64,000 nt of DNA from NCBI GenBank assembly GCA_964016885.1, contig OZ024743.1, positions 269,018,001 through 269,082,000 of the forward strand, read 5' to 3'. Under the pieces are notes generated by a model, which was given only the letters and a program-made list of their open reading frames with translations, was not told where the DNA came from and searched no databases. The stretch comes from Eledone cirrhosa. Its lineage: Eukaryota. A program made the translations under genes and the position numbers. Below are positions 18,303 through 32,381 of the stretch, in pieces (within the stretch, counting starts at the first letter, position 1; each line of letters starts with the position of its first letter).

Positions 18303-18386
18303 CATATATTTTTGCAAGACTTTAGTGTATGTACACTCCATATTCTTCGGAGATCCCGGCTTGTATCTGCCGATATTACTTCTTGT

Positions 18387-18444
18387 TGTTTTGATTGCCC
18401 TGATGAGTCCTTAATAGGACGAAACATTGTCGGCTAATAAAAAC
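18387..18444 (+). ncRNA. Type I hammerhead ribozyme, canonical core
   Basis: AUUGCC CUGAUGA GUCCU UAAU AGGAC GAAAC AUU GUC GGC(U)AAU; predicted cut after 18431; AATAAA overlaps the 3' stem I arm. Confidence 0.9.
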
Positions 18445-18581
18445 TTTTGATGTATTAAAGGATTCTTTGTTTTACTCTCTTAATTTTTTGGCTCTGTTTA
18501 ACTGCATTGAGCTATACCTTTTACTGTCATTTCTATAATACGAAGAGGGTGTTTAACTCCAACACGCTCCAGTATTCTAAT

Positions 18582-18621
<40 letters not shown>

Positions 18622-18942
18622 TTTATATTTCTTTACTCCCTTTATACCAAATATCTCCTGCTTCTACAATACAACATTATTTTAAAGTTTTTATATTTAT
18701 TTAAGATCTTTCTGTCACAATTTTACATAAGAACTCTTGTGTATGTTCTAAACACCAGCTTAATAAAGAGAAAGTTAGGTAGATTACTAAATCCCTCCAA
18801 ATGTTTGATTATTTTCAAAGTTATTTGGAAATCATAGGTAGCGTCTTTCTCTAGATGTATGGTAACAAAAGGATTACTTAGTTATGTAACTCCGTACTAC
18901 CACCCTCGAAAATGCATATATTTTTTGGTGCCCTTCAGAAAC

Positions 18943-19049
<107 letters not shown>

Positions 19050-20194
19050 TTGCATATATGTGTGTATAAATATATATATATACATATATATTTGCATATA
19101 TGTGTGTATAAATATATGTATACAGATACACACACATATATAGATTATACGCACACACATATATATGTGTGTGTGTGTGTGCGCGCACATACATACACAC
19201 ACACAGATATGATGTCGCAACATTTGCCCGTGTCTGTGTGTCACCAGTTGCGGCCTGCCTAGCTGTTGGTAGCTGGTGGGATCGTTTGAACAGGCGGGAT
19301 GGCTCCCTTTCACAAGAAGTGAATGGATAGAGGCATCAGCCTTGCTGGAATGAAAGCTGTGACAAGACATGATAGTTAGGAGGGTATAATGGTGCCTGAT
19401 TTAGGCACAAGGCTAATGATTTTGGGGAAAGGGAACGTCGATTTTAACGAGGCCAGTTCTTTACTGGTATCTTATTTTATCGACACATTAGGTAGTAATT
19501 GTTTCTACTTTTGGCACAAGGCCATCAAAAACCCAGTGCATTACTGGTACTTTATTTTATCGACCCCGTAAGGGTGAAAGGCAAAGTTAATCTCGACGGG
19601 ATTTGAACTCAGACCGCAAAGGGATGTAACTATGCTGGAAAGTATGGCGTCCGACCCTCTACTGATACTGCCAATTCACAATGATATCTATCTAACACCA
19701 GCCACAAGGCCAACAATTTGTGGAGAGGGAGAAATCAATCCCAGTAAAGAGCCCCCAAAATACTACTGTTACGAGCCTACCAATACGCCGCCCTCACGTG
19801 AAGTGGTTAGTAATACTGGTTTTTAATTCAAGCACAAAGCCATCATTTTTTTTTTCATTTGGCGGCGGGATGGTGTGGATGTGAGGTATCGATTATAACG
19901 ACCCCATTACTTGACTTGTATTTTTTTTATCGATCTCAAAACGATCGAATGCAAAATTGACCGTGGTGGTAACAAAAGAAGGAGGGACGATGTACATGTT
20001 AGTCCATTCTGTCCTCGCCTGTTTCAATGTTAGCTTCTTTAGAGCCCATTTCTGGGTGAGACTGACCATCCTACGTGTAACCTCGTCCCAATTCCTATCC
20101 ACCTGGAGGTATTACCCGAAAATACTCATGCATATTTGCTTTGAAGCCCAGACAAATTAACGGCAAGTTGACCCCGTTGCATTTCAACCACCGC

Positions 20195-20400
20195 CTTCTT
20201 CTTCTTTTTCATCGCTCATTTATTCTTGGGAGGGTCGTGGGGGTAAAGTCCCCAAGCACGCCTTCCAGCGAGTCCTATCGCAAGCAACTGTCTCCAATTG
20301 ATCCAGCTGGATCCCCGATTAAAACCAGCCAAGTTCATGAATGTTATCCAACCTCCTTACCCGAGGCTTACACTTCGGTCTCCTCTTGCCAGTTGGTTTT
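20195..20400 (-). mobile_element. RTE (Expander-like) LINE 3' end
   Basis: Decayed GKR..LPPRPSQE* C-terminus and GAA tail; second copy ~28940-29180 with long (GAA)n. Confidence 0.65.
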
Positions 20401-20633
20401 GCCTGTAAAATCTATCCAGAGATTCTTTCCGGAACATTCACACCACAAAACATAAAATATGTAAATAAAACCTAAGCACCACAAGACACACTCTACCAGA
20501 TCTGCTAATCCAGTACTTGTTCTGCTAGAAAATAGCAACTAAATCACCCGAAACCTCCACATTACCTTCTTAAAATAAAAAAAGGGGGGGGGGGGGCACT
20601 AGTTAATTTGGTCCTATAGTCATTGTATGGTAA

Positions 20634-20965
20634 AGGCACGTGGCTTATTGGTTAAAGTGCTTTGTCGGTTTATCTTCGTAAGAACGGTGAGTTCCATTCT
20701 CGGATCGGTTGGTTAGTTGTATCCGCATCACGTTGTATCTTTGGATAAGACACTCACCAGGGTGCACCAGTCCATTCACCTGGAAGAAAATGTGTTGTAC
20801 CTGTAATTAAAAAGGCCGGCCTTGTCACACACTATCTCACGCTGAATCTCCCTGAGAACTACCTTATAAGCAGATGCGTTTATAGAATGCTCAGCGACTA
20901 ACTTGCACGATAATGTTACATATGGTCATGCTTGACCATATGTCTGCTCAATCAGGGAGCTAATC
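20634..20965 (+). mobile_element. Diverged tRNA-SINE
   Basis: GGCACGTGGCTTATTGGTTAAAG head, GAGTTCCATTC B-box remnant, TTGGATAAGACACT core. Confidence 0.6.
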
Positions 20966-20987
20966 AATTACTACTACTACCACCGCC

Positions 20988-21025
<38 letters not shown>

Positions 21026-21399
21026 CACTACTACTACTACCCTCCCCTCACAAATATATGTGGGGGGAAAAAAGAGAAGAATGCCTCAAATATATTCTGA
21101 TCCAAATAAATAAATCATCACCGCCACCTCCACTTCGAATCCAGCAACCTTCTCTCCCTCCCTCCCTCCCTCCTATCACTGGTCCTTATATGGTGGCGGT
21201 GGTGGTGGTGTCTGTAGTGACGGAAGCAGTGGCAATGGTGTCAGTAGTGATTGTGTTGCTGGTGTAAGTGGTGTCTTGATATCACCAACCTCCTCCTAAA
21301 TATTTTTTCTCTGCTCTTTTCACAGATCATGATCTCCAGTGTGAATAAATGATGGAACTGCTGCTTATAAAATGTTCCTCAGTCATAAACTCCCTCTCT

Positions 21400-21436
<37 letters not shown>

Positions 21437-21691
21437 ATACGCACACACACACACTCATACGCACACACACACGTATATATATATATATGAGTGTATATAT
21501 ACACATATATATCTATATCTATACATATACATTTATGTCTAATATACGTGCGCATGACTGAATGCATTTATATATGCACTTATGTGAAGGTGTATGTGTA
21601 AATAAGCACGTGTGCTTGTCCGGCTATACACTTATTTTAATATATATAATAATAATAACAGTGTCAAAGTACCATTATTAAGTTTATTCAG

Positions 21692-21744
21692 GTGTGACGT
21701 GCGTTTCGCGATTGATCAGTTCAAGGCAATAGCTCATCAGACTC
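21692..21744 (-). ncRNA. Type I hammerhead ribozyme
   Basis: Minus: GAGU CUGAUGA GC U AUUG..CAAU C GC GAAAC GCAC GUC ACAC then AAUAAA; one stem I mismatch. Confidence 0.75.
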
Positions 21745-21755
21745 GTAGTTGTATA

Positions 21756-21814
<59 letters not shown>

Positions 21815-21929
21815 TTATAGCGTGTGTGTGTAATGTTGAACAATGAAAACAAATAAGACAAGATTTAGCAATTAATTAATCCATTGTTTTACAACCGTTT
21901 CAAAGGGCAAAAAACATAGATTTTCATCG

Positions 21930-21971
<42 letters not shown>

Positions 21972-22372
21972 ACATTTTGAGTATATGTTGGTTGTTTACA
22001 GACACCTCTGTATGCGGATTGGAGCACTCGACGAAGTACGAATGTATACACACACACATATTTATAAAACATAAAGTAAGCTATTACAAGTACTTGTAAC
22101 ATCAGCATAACCACCACATACACCAACACTAGGCCGATATGCCACCCCGCACATCCACTGTGCATCACTCAACTAAATATGCTCACATCACAATACATAT
22201 TTTAACCGTCTCTTTAGCGACCTTGCCACCTTCCATCTTTGAATTAATTATCAATTTTATATTTAAAAAATTGATAGATACATTCAAGTTTAAAATCGTT
22301 AAAGATAGAATTAACATCAATAAATAAACAATCACAGCCGCCCCACTCTTCTCATCTACCACCAACTTATAA

Positions 22373-22565
22373 CAGACCTGTCAACTCTCCCCCGTCATAC
22401 AGGGAGATCTCTCTCACCCACTTTGGGGTGGGTGAGAGATGTCTTTTGAAAATGAGTATGGTTTTCATTATGTAAAATCTCTCCATTATGCCTCATTTCT
22501 CCCCATTTTGGGGAACCTTTTCCCATCGTACTCCCCGTTTTGGTGTTTAGAGGTTGGCAGATCTG
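22373..22565 (-). mobile_element. MITE (CAGACCTGYCAAC TIRs)
   Basis: TIRs present; flanks TTATAA / TTTTAA. Confidence 0.85.
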
Positions 22566-23259
22566 TTTTAAAGTTCTTCCCTTGAAACTAGGGCCAACAA
22601 ACATCAGGTGTTAGTCAGGTTTGTTGAAGTAGTAAACACGTTCACATTGTGGACGCAGGACGCAGACATGGCTGAGTGGTTAAGAGGTTCGCTTCGTAAT
22701 CATCAAGTCTCGGTTTCGAATCGACTGCGTAAGAGTATTTTTTTTACCATGGCTTCATGAGTGAAATTTGGTAGACTGAAACTGTGTGGAAACCTGACGG
22801 ATGGACTGTTCTTGCGATTTAATAGTTTAGCATTGTCTTATAGTGCGTCATGCTGTTTTGTCTTCACGGTACATGGCCCTGTCTACAAATACAATAGCCA
22901 ATGTGTTTTTCTTTTATATTTTTTTAATAAATTATTTTTTGAAAAGGGTTTGATTTGAGGTAACATTTGGCTGCCTTTTTAGCACGTTGAGAGACCACGT
23001 ATAAGCCTCCACACCTTATTTTGGTTTTGTGTGATGGTCAGGTCATATGAGAGGCTGCTGCTGGCTATATATCATACTAGAGTACATGAATTCCTTGATA
23101 TTTTATAAGGTTTTGCATTTTTCAAATATTAGCATTCACGGAATTGCAGCCCCTTCCCTACTTACACCGCCCCTCCCGCCCCCGTAGCATGAAACTTTGT
23201 ACTTCCCGTCTTGGGCAGGAGTACATTGTTATGGTAACGGTGGGGTGGTATACTAGCTT

Positions 23260-23520
23260 AGTGTTTGTGGTGGTGGTGTTGAGGTTACATGGTGTGGTGG
23301 TATATTGGTTTAGTGTTGGTGGTGGTTGTGATGGTGGTGGTGAGGTTACATTGTGGGATAGTATATTTGCTTGGTGCTGGTGGTGGTGGTGGCGGCGGTG
23401 GTGGTGAGGTTACATAGTGGAATGGTATTTGGCTTAGTGTTGTTGGTGGTGGTGGTGAGGTTACATGGTGGGATGGTATATTAGTTTAGTGTTGGTGGTG
23501 GCGGTGCTGAGGTTACAAGT
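23260..23520. repeat. ~55-bp GGT-rich minisatellite
   Basis: GAGGTTACA recurs five times within (GGT)n context. Confidence 0.75.
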
Positions 23521-24596
23521 ACCTCTAGCAGCTTTATGTTATTTAATTTTCCTTGATTCATTGGAAACACCAGCATTAGTAGAAGGGGTTTGGTATTAGA
23601 AGTAGCAGTATTAGGAACAGGGTGGTGGTGAGGATTGGAAGTCCTAGCATTAGAAGGAGATGCAGCTTTTTGAATACAAGGGAATCAAACTACCAGAACT
23701 TTAATCCCACAAAAATGTGTCTCTGTAAATATATATGTGAGGTTGTTGGTTTTAAAGAAAGGCATCTAGCTATGGAAACTATGTCAAAATATGGAAAATG
23801 TGATGAGAGAACACTCTGATCCTTCTGGTCTCAGACCCTGACAACCCGTCCAACCCATGCTAGTGTAGAAAACGGACGTAAAAACAATGATGCACATGAG
23901 CACAAATATATGTGTGTGTATATTTCTTTTCTGTGTACTGGTTGTGATTTCAAATCTGTTTTGGGACTGTAAAATACATTATTTAACGATGAGTAGGACA
24001 CTGAACTTTCTTTCTTTCTCTTTCTCCCTCTCTCTCTCCCCTACCCCGCTACCTGTCTCCCTTTCTTCTCCTCTGTCTCCCCTCCCCCCGTATAAGCTAG
24101 GAGATCCACTGCTGGTTTTTCCAGGTTTCCTAACTACCTGCCCCCCCCCCCCCCCCCTCACATCTGTTCAAGGTCCACAATCTGCCCAGCTACCCTCCCA
24201 GTGAATGAGACATCTGGTGGAATAAAAGTATGTATCTGAAAGAGTTAAACTGTATTAACCCTTCTCCTACTGTAATATTTTTTGTCTGTCTGTGTGTATG
24301 TGTGTATTTAATTGGTTCTTTATTTGTGTGTGTTAGTTTTGTTTTCTAAAGCCCCAGTTTTAATAATGAAGGATTAGCTAACATATTGAATAATACAACA
24401 CATTTTATATTCACACACAAATATTTTACGGACGTTCACACATTTTATTAGGACATTCATACTCACGCAAGTATATTACATTCACGCATGCATTTTACAG
24501 ACATTCATACTCATACACAAAACCATATACATGCATCCACTCTCTTGCTCTCCCTTTCTCTCAGGTTTACAGTGTGTATCTATGTGTGTATGTATG

Positions 24597-24653
<57 letters not shown>

Positions 24654-24845
24654 CTTGTGTTGGTTATTCTCTCTCCATTTATTAAATTTTGAGCTCTGCA
24701 GCCCGTGGCTTAACATTCTACAGCAGAACCTACAATGGTTGAGACCATCCTCAACCTTTCTCAATTACTGCTAAATCAAGGGAACTGGTTAGCATAGAGC
24801 TTCTTTCATCTTTACCAGGATCTATGTTGGTAAACCCCAATATAA

Positions 24846-24921
<76 letters not shown>

Positions 24922-25012
24922 GAAAAATAATAAACCAAGTTTTCTCTTTTTATTTTGTGAGTAGTGATGGGGTTGCAATCAAGTGAATACAATTTACTAT
25001 TTGGATTGAGTA

Positions 25013-25061
<49 letters not shown>

Positions 25062-26451
25062 TTCAGTATCCATTTCACATATCCTATCTTAAGAAATATG
25101 TAACTTAGCATAACTGTTAGTGGAGTTTTAAAATGCATCCACTACACTCTGTAAAGTTGTTGCCATTATGAAAGGTATTGAGACATGGAACCCATAACAA
25201 TATTAGGGCAGTAGATTGGTAGAATTGTTAGTGTATTGGATGAATGCTTTATAGTATTTGTTCTAGCGCTTTATGTTCTGGGTTCAAATCTTGCTTTTTA
25301 TCCTTCAGTGGTTGATAAAATTAGCAATAAAGTACTGGGGTTAATATCATTAACTTTGCCCTTTCCCAAATTTGCTAGTCCAGTACCCAAATCTGAGACC
25401 AGTATTGGAATGTATACATGGTCCTTCAACCTTGGTAGGAGGTCAGTAACAATAACTCCAAATAAGAACTAATCTGAGCTATTGTAATCGGTTTAATCAC
25501 TAAAATGCCGTTAAAAAACCCCCTCAAAACAATGAAATTGACAGCTGACTCCTATGAAATGTTGCAGGCCTCTATCATATCTAATAGGGAGGTTTTTTGA
25601 GTGTTTTAAAGATAGGAGCTTCAGTCCTATCATGAACAGCAATGTGGAATGATGCATGTTGCTTGAGAAGGCAACTTGTTATCTGATTGAAGAATTGGAC
25701 CCATGATGTTATGATTACAAGTCCAACACATTAACCATCAGGTCAGGTGCCTTCTATAGCAGCCAGAAAATCTGACATGAAATGATAATGAGATTATTAT
25801 TAGGGCAATATCTGGCTGTCTATGAGCTGAATCCAACAACTGATTTTGTTCTTTAGTTGAAGTTAAAGTTGATACTGTTAATGCTGTTATCTCATTTAGC
25901 CCTTCCAATGCCATTTTACTAATGAAAGACACTACTTTCAGATCTCAAATAATCGTCCATGCTCTGCTTATTCATTTTTCAGACTACCACCACCACTTAT
26001 TAAATTTTGCTAATCTATCTCTGTTGAAATTTTATTTTAAGTGGTAGCATTCCTGGGACAATTAATTTTCTTTATACATTAAAAAACGTTATTCATGACA
26101 AAAAAAAGTACATTACTAGAAATCCCTTACGTTATAAAATAAATAGGATGGGTTGGAGTCTCAATATGTAAACTAATCGACTAATTCTGGTTTGTAAAAA
26201 AAAATTAACGGAGACAACCTAGAAAAATTATAGATTTTCCAACTCCCTGTAACTTTCAAGTTAATTGGTAAAATAATCAAGAACTGGGTGTGATATAGTA
26301 ATATATATGGTTACTATATAATTGATAATACTCACTCTGTGCCAATCTTAGAAATCATCATCAGTAGTATTGATTATTGATTGGTTTATTGATATTATAC
26401 AGGCGACCTTACTTAATCATTATCAGCATTGGTTTTACAGCTATTTTTCCA

Positions 26452-26565
26452 TACTAGCATGAGTTGAGTGAAGCTTATTGAAGTAGTATTTTACTAACAT
26501 GAGTTGAGTGAGGTTTATTGAGACAATATTTTACTGACATGAGTTGAGTGAGGCTTATTGAAGTG
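26452..26565. repeat. ~39-bp tandem repeat x3
   Basis: CATGAGTTGAGTGA..TTATTGA repeated three times. Confidence 0.85.
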
Positions 26566-27534
26566 GCATCAATTGAATGAGGATCTTTGAGGCAGTGTTT
26601 TACAGACACCCTTCCTGTTGCCAACCATCTTAGTTGGCCCTTACAACATGTAGGGGTGTAATTTAGAAATAATTATAATGATAAAATGTACCAATAATTT
26701 CCAAGTATATTTTTTTGTCAGTAGGACTTAAAATCACAATGTGAACCAACTGAACTAATTAACAAAGTCTCCAACACAACTCATTAATGATAATGATATA
26801 AGGGTACATGGTCAATTAATGAGGGTGCTAAAGCCATGATCATAAGGTTGAAAAAATATGTACTGAGGGTGATATGATCAACTAAATCAAACTGATGCCC
26901 CTGCAGGGCTGCAGTCACATATGTGAATGTTGTAAGGGGAGGATTGGCACTACTGATTAATTATGGTGGTTCCTTCACAGATCCAAGATTAACCTGAATG
27001 CTAAGAAAATGTGTGCTCACCAAGCTGGGCCCTCTAGCCAACAGGCACATGATGAGAGTAAGCCCACTCCCTTTGTCCTATGCTTGCTATTCTTACCCAG
27101 TTTTCAACAAATTTATTGGAAGAAGATAGGGGTTAAAAGAGTCAAAGAGGCTGTTTTTGCAGTCACAGTTCCAGCTATGTGGATTCTGAGTTCAAATTCT
27201 ACCAGGAGTTGTAATTGGCAGTATTACCAATGGAAACATAGATCCTTTGGTTCAATCTAATGATCAGCCCTTTCTTTCTTTTTCTTTAAGACATTGCCAC
27301 CATTCTTTTGCCATAGCTGCTTGTCTTTAAATGACCAAAGCTAGTTAGCAGAAGTGGTGGATCTTCCTAATAGACTCACCTGTAAACCAGATCTGTTCTA
27401 CAACTGCTCAACATTCTGTAAGTCAGTAATGCTTGGACACTAACTACAGGTGTAATAAGAGCAATAATGATAATAACAGGAATGATATTAATTTGAGGGG
27501 AAAGGTAATAGGTAATAATAAAAGTAATGATGAT

Positions 27535-28415
27535 AATGGTAAAAATTCCCAACATCGGCACAATATCAGCAATTCGGGGGAAGAGGAAAATGAATAATTC
27601 ACCCCCAGTGCTTAACTGGTACTTTATTTTATCATGGAAGGTGAAGTTGACCACAATGGGGTTTCAACTAAGAATATAAAAAAAACTTAACTAATTACTG
27701 CAAAGCATTTTGTCTAGCCCCCTGCTTATACTGCCAATCCATCACCTTAGAAATGGTAAAAATGGTTTCTGATTTAGGCACAAGGCCATCAATTTTGGGG
27801 TAGGGGAAAGTTAATTTTACCACAGTGTGTTACTGGTACTTTATTTTATGAACCATGTGAGGATGAAAAGCAAAGCTAACCTTCGTGGAATTTGAACTCA
27901 GAACATAAAGAGCCATAACTATATACAGCAAAGCAAATTGTTTGATGCTCTACCGATATGGCCAATCGACAGCCTTTGGTAGATTGATAATAATGGTAAT
28001 AATAGGAATAATAATTGTTTCTACTTTTGGCATAAGGCCTTCTATTTGAAGGGAAGAGAAAAATCAATTAAATTGACCATAGTACATTACTGGTACTTTA
28101 TTTTACCAACCCAGTAAGGACAAAAGGCAAAGCTAACCTCAGTGGGATTTGAACTCACTGTAAAGAGCTGGAATAATACTGTTACAAATTTTTCTGACCC
28201 CCTCCACCCAATAACTCTGCTAATCCACAGCCCTTTAATAATTTCTAATATAGGCACAAGGCCAGCAATTTATGATGAAGGGAATGCCAATCATATTGAT
28301 CACAGTACTTTATTGTTACTTTATTCTATTGATCCAGGAAAGATGAGCAGCAAAGTTGATCTCAGTGAGACTTGAACTCAGAATGTAGAAAGTCGTAATT
28401 AAATACCACAAAGCA
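27535..28415 (-). mobile_element. Cluster of about four older SINE A copies in tandem
   Basis: Repeated GGCACAAGGCC..CTGGTACTTTATTTTA..GAACTCAG motifs, diverged. Confidence 0.75.
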
Positions 28416-28439
28416 ATCCCCTGCCCCCAAAGATAGTGG

Positions 28440-28621
28440 CAGACCTGCCAACCTCTAAAAACCCAAACAGTGAGTACCACAAAAAAAGTGAGAAATGAGG
28501 CAAAATGGGGAGATTTTACATAATGAAAGCTATACCCATTTTCACAAGAGAAGACATCTCTCACCCACTTAGGGGTGGGTGAGAGATCTCCCCCGTTAGA
28601 TGGGGAGAGTTGACAGGTCTG
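28440..28621 (+). mobile_element. MITE with 6-bp TSD
   Basis: CAGACCTGCCAAC..GTTGACAGGTCTG flanked by TAGTGG on both sides. Confidence 0.88.
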
Positions 28622-29399
28622 TAGTGGTTATTATAATATTGATAATAACTGTAAAACTGACATTAGTAATAATTGTAACAATGATAAGCATAAGAATAGT
28701 AAATTCAAAACCAATAATAATGTTAATATCAAAAATGATAATGTAATATAATTTTATTAATGTAACTTCAACAATAATAATGGTAAATTGGATTATAATA
28801 ATAATAATGATATCTTTATTAGACCCAAAGGTTCACGTATAGAATGCAGTAAACATGATAAATATTGGCATTGCAATACATGTGAGCTATGAGCAAGGAT
28901 GTTATACAATAAACAGATAAATTTGATCATCATCATTATCTTCTTCTTCTTCTTCTTCTTCTTCTTCTTCTTCTTCTTCTTCTCCTCATTCCTTTGAGGG
29001 TAGGGGGGGGGGGGGGGGGGGGGGGGGCAGAGTCCTCAAAGACTCCTTCCAGTTGGTCCTGTCAAATGCAACCGTCTCCAACTGATCTGGCTGGATCTCC
29101 AAGTGAGACTAGCGAAGCTCATAGATGTTATCCAACCATCTTGCTTGGGGTCTACCCCTGGTTCTCTTGCCAGTTGGTTTTGTCCAAAACATGAAATAGG
29201 TATAACATTATTATAAAGTATCGGTAGAGGGTCGGACGCCAAGCTTTGACGCATAGAGTTACGGCCTTTGTCTTTCATCCGTACGGGGTTGATAAAATAA
29301 AGTACCAGTAATGTACTGGGTAATTGCTGGCCTTGTACCAATAGTAGAAACAATTATTATAAAACAATAATTAACACAAGATATACTGTAAAAGATTAA

Positions 29400-30500
29400 A
29401 AAAAAAACATTGGGGAGTTTACCCACACACCGGTGGAAACCCACTATTTAAGTTGAACCAGAGCACCTCACATTTCAGCTCATGCCCCATGCATTATATA
29501 TTTCCCACGGGTCACTGAAATCTCCTGTAATCATTTCTTCAGTGGGTCCATCAACAAAAGCACCCACATCTGGATAAAAGTACTTTATCTCTTCATATAT
29601 TTCCTTTGTTGTTAGAACAGTCTATCATCCACAAGCTCGAAGTTGCAGTCCTTTATTGCCAGGTTCACACATATATCTTATGGGTTTACCTCCAACAATG
29701 CATACACTTTGTTAAGCAACCCAGTTTTGTTAGATCTGACAATTGTGTATTTCAGTTATTAACATAACATTGTTTAACCCTTTCATGATTGCATTACTAA
29801 TGAAATACACTCTATTTTAATTAATTAATAAAGAAATTTTAGGGATTTACTAAAATTATTCATTATTTCAATTACTAAATTGGAATCCTTTAAAATGGGT
29901 GGGTTTATTTCATAGAACCAGAGCCGGTTCTGACTGGTTCTAAAGGATTAGCCTCTTATTTTTGAAGATTTTTGGCAGAGCTGTTTTTTTTCTACTACTA
30001 TTAGAAGAGTCAGCTAAACTTTTGTCAACCCCCATTTCATCTTCATCGTCACTAATGGATTGGAAGAGGTATCTTGTCATCTTTCACCTCTAAGAAGATA
30101 AAATGTGATGTAGCTTTCACTGCTATCTCAGAATTAGGAGGAGGTAGCTCAGCATCATCTGCTTCAAGAACTGAGGAGGAGGCAGATATCATCATCATCC
30201 TTGGAACTGATGATATGCCTAATGGTTCTACTGGAACAGTAGTCCCAGGAACAAGCCTCTTATTTCCTTTTTTAAGTCCTTCATGGCAGAAAACCCTAAA
30301 GTGTCTCTTGCTTCCACAGGTGTAACAGCTGAACTTTCTAACCTGTAGCATCAGTTTTATCAATTTTCACTCTTCACCCATAAAGGGTAATTCTAGAATA
30401 GTTTTTCTGGTGCTGAGGGGTCACAAGAATTTGCCATTTCAGAGTGACCTATCATGACTGTATGTCCTTTCTCATTACTTTGGCACTTGTAACACATGTA
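29400..30500 (-). mobile_element. Decayed L1/Tx1-like LINE: ORF1 CCHC knuckle plus APE endonuclease remnant
   Basis: CYTCGSKRHFRVFC (CX2CX4HX4C) near 30290-30330; downstream frameshifted ICVNLAIKDCNFELV and FYPDVGAFVDGPTEEMITGDFS (IxGDFN-like) at ~29510-29675. Confidence 0.5.
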
Positions 30501-30511
30501 ACAATATTGTG

Positions 30512-30747
30512 TAACCATTTTGATACCAACTTACCCTAAGTCGGTTATGCTTCTCTAAAGTTAACCTCCCCCATCTCCACTATTCTAAAGTGTTCCTATC
30601 ACAATTAGAATTGTCCAATATAATTTGATATAACCCAACGAAAGGTTCTCATATCACAAATATCATCTTAAAAGTGATTAAATCTCTCTAAATTAAATAA
30701 TTCAAATACAGTATATTTCATTACATATTCTGTAATAAAAGGGTTAA
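30512..30747. mobile_element. Possible piggyBac-type MITE
   Basis: Ends AAAAGGGTTAA, degenerate start TAACCATTTT; similar TTAACCCTTT starts at ~5060 and ~29774. Confidence 0.4.
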
Positions 30748-31050
30748 CAAAGGTGGCTATGACCTAGGAAAATGTCATTTGCTATGTCGCTGACTCTCCT
30801 ATAGTCTTGTGATGATGAAGATGAAATGTAAGTTGAAGAGGATAGGCAGGCAGACTGTTTGTAAGTTCAGGTTTTCCATGCTAGCATGCACTGGACAACA
30901 TGTTTGTTTATAGATATTGAGAGACACACATGTGTGTTTGTATATATCCATGCTAGCATGGAAAAATGGACGTAAAACCGTGATGATGATGATACACACA
31001 CACACATATATGATGTTTGCATAAATGGTGCTTTTGTGTGCCTCTATTCG

Positions 31051-31106
<56 letters not shown>

Positions 31107-31127
31107 GTATAGAGGGAGAGAGATATA

Positions 31128-31375
31128 CAAGAAAGAAGTCAAGGTTGCACCATAAATAAACTTTATTACATATGACAATTGTTTTGATATTGATCAGTTC
31201 AGGGTTTGATCATAATGGCTCTACATCTACAAATCTGAACTCGTATATCTAATGAGATGTCGATGCACTGTTGAGCCCCAATGATTGTGATCAAAACCTG
31301 AATTGATTGATTTCAAAAGCAATTGTCATATGCAATAAAGTTTATTTGTGGTGCAACCTTGTCTTTCTTCCTGCT
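31128..31375. mobile_element. Fold-back element with decayed HHR (31243-31332)
   Basis: Inverted arms; UAUAU CUAAUGA..AAAAGCAAUUGUC AUAUG with palindromic stem III, core mutated. Confidence 0.55.
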
Positions 31376-31694
31376 TACTTGTATTTACACTCAGCACATT
31401 ACAGCTGCCTTAACTCTGGACTACACTGAAATATAAACCATACATGAGATGGACCTTCATAACGGAGATGGACCTACAAACTGCCTGTAGCTATAGATAC
31501 ACGCATATCTACCATATATATATCATCATCATCATCATCATCATTTTACGTCCGCTTTTCCCTGCTTGCAAGGGTATATATATATATTTATATATATGTA
31601 TATATATATATATATACCGGGTTCAATCGGGAGTAACCACAGTAAGTAAGGTACTCAATACATAACAGAGTATAAATGTTTTAATATAGAAAAG

Positions 31695-31741
31695 CTTCTA
31701 CAGAACTAGAACTGTTTCATTTGTGAGAAATCATCAGGAAG
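31695..31741 (-). ncRNA. Hammerhead ribozyme H1 (weak stem II)
   Basis: Minus: CUUC CUGAUGA UUUCUCACAAAU GAAA CAG UUCUAGUU CUG UA GAAG. Confidence 0.6.
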
Positions 31742-31791
31742 GAGCTTCCTGATGATTTCTCATGAATGAAACAGTTCTAGTCCTGTAGAAG

Positions 31792-31795
<4 letters not shown>
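31741..31795 (+). ncRNA. Hammerhead ribozyme H1
   Basis: GGAGCUUC CUGAUGA U UUC UCAU GAA U GAAA CAG UUCUAGUC CUG UA GAAGCUUC; GUA triplet, cut after 31787. Confidence 0.82.
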
Positions 31796-31889
<94 letters not shown>

Positions 31890-31957
31890 TTCCAAAAGTA
31901 ACGGTTGCATTTTGAAAGGGTACGTCAATGTTTATTTATAAAACTGGTATATATTGT

Positions 31958-32020
31958 ATTTTGTCTGATGAAGGCATACCATAATTTAACTTGGTATCCT
32001 TGAAATATGTATAATGAAAT
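31958..32020 (+). ncRNA. Hammerhead ribozyme, AUA-triplet / C.C group
   Basis: AUUUUGU CUGAUGA AGG C AUACCA..UGGUAU C CUU GAAA UAUGUA UA AUGAAAU. Confidence 0.78.
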
Positions 32021-32060
32021 AAATATGGTTTTATAAATATAGTTTCCATTTGTTAATATC

Positions 32061-32154
<94 letters not shown>

Positions 32155-32321
32155 ATGTGTGTGAATATATGTATGAATGAAGTAATTCCGCCGGAAAGGT
32201 CCAGGAAAAAAGAGTGCTCTATGTAGGTTACAGAGCTTAATAGTTATGTAATAAACAACATAAGATAATTATTTCATTTATGGATTTTCAAAATCCACAT
32301 TTAATAAAAACACCAGGATTT

Positions 32322-32381
32322 TTTCATTCTGATGACTGAAAGCAGATTTGTTTGCTTTTAAGAAACTACTGGTAAATGAAA
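32322..32381 (+). ncRNA. Hammerhead ribozyme H3
   Basis: UUUCAUU CUGAUGA C UGAAAGCAGA UUUG UUUGCUUUUA A GAAA CUACUGG UA AAUGAAA; inverted arm at ~32176-32280. Confidence 0.8.

Noticed and set aside
30052-30363. CCHC zinc knuckle ORF as a host gene
   Set aside because: Better explained as decayed LINE ORF1, with endonuclease remnant downstream
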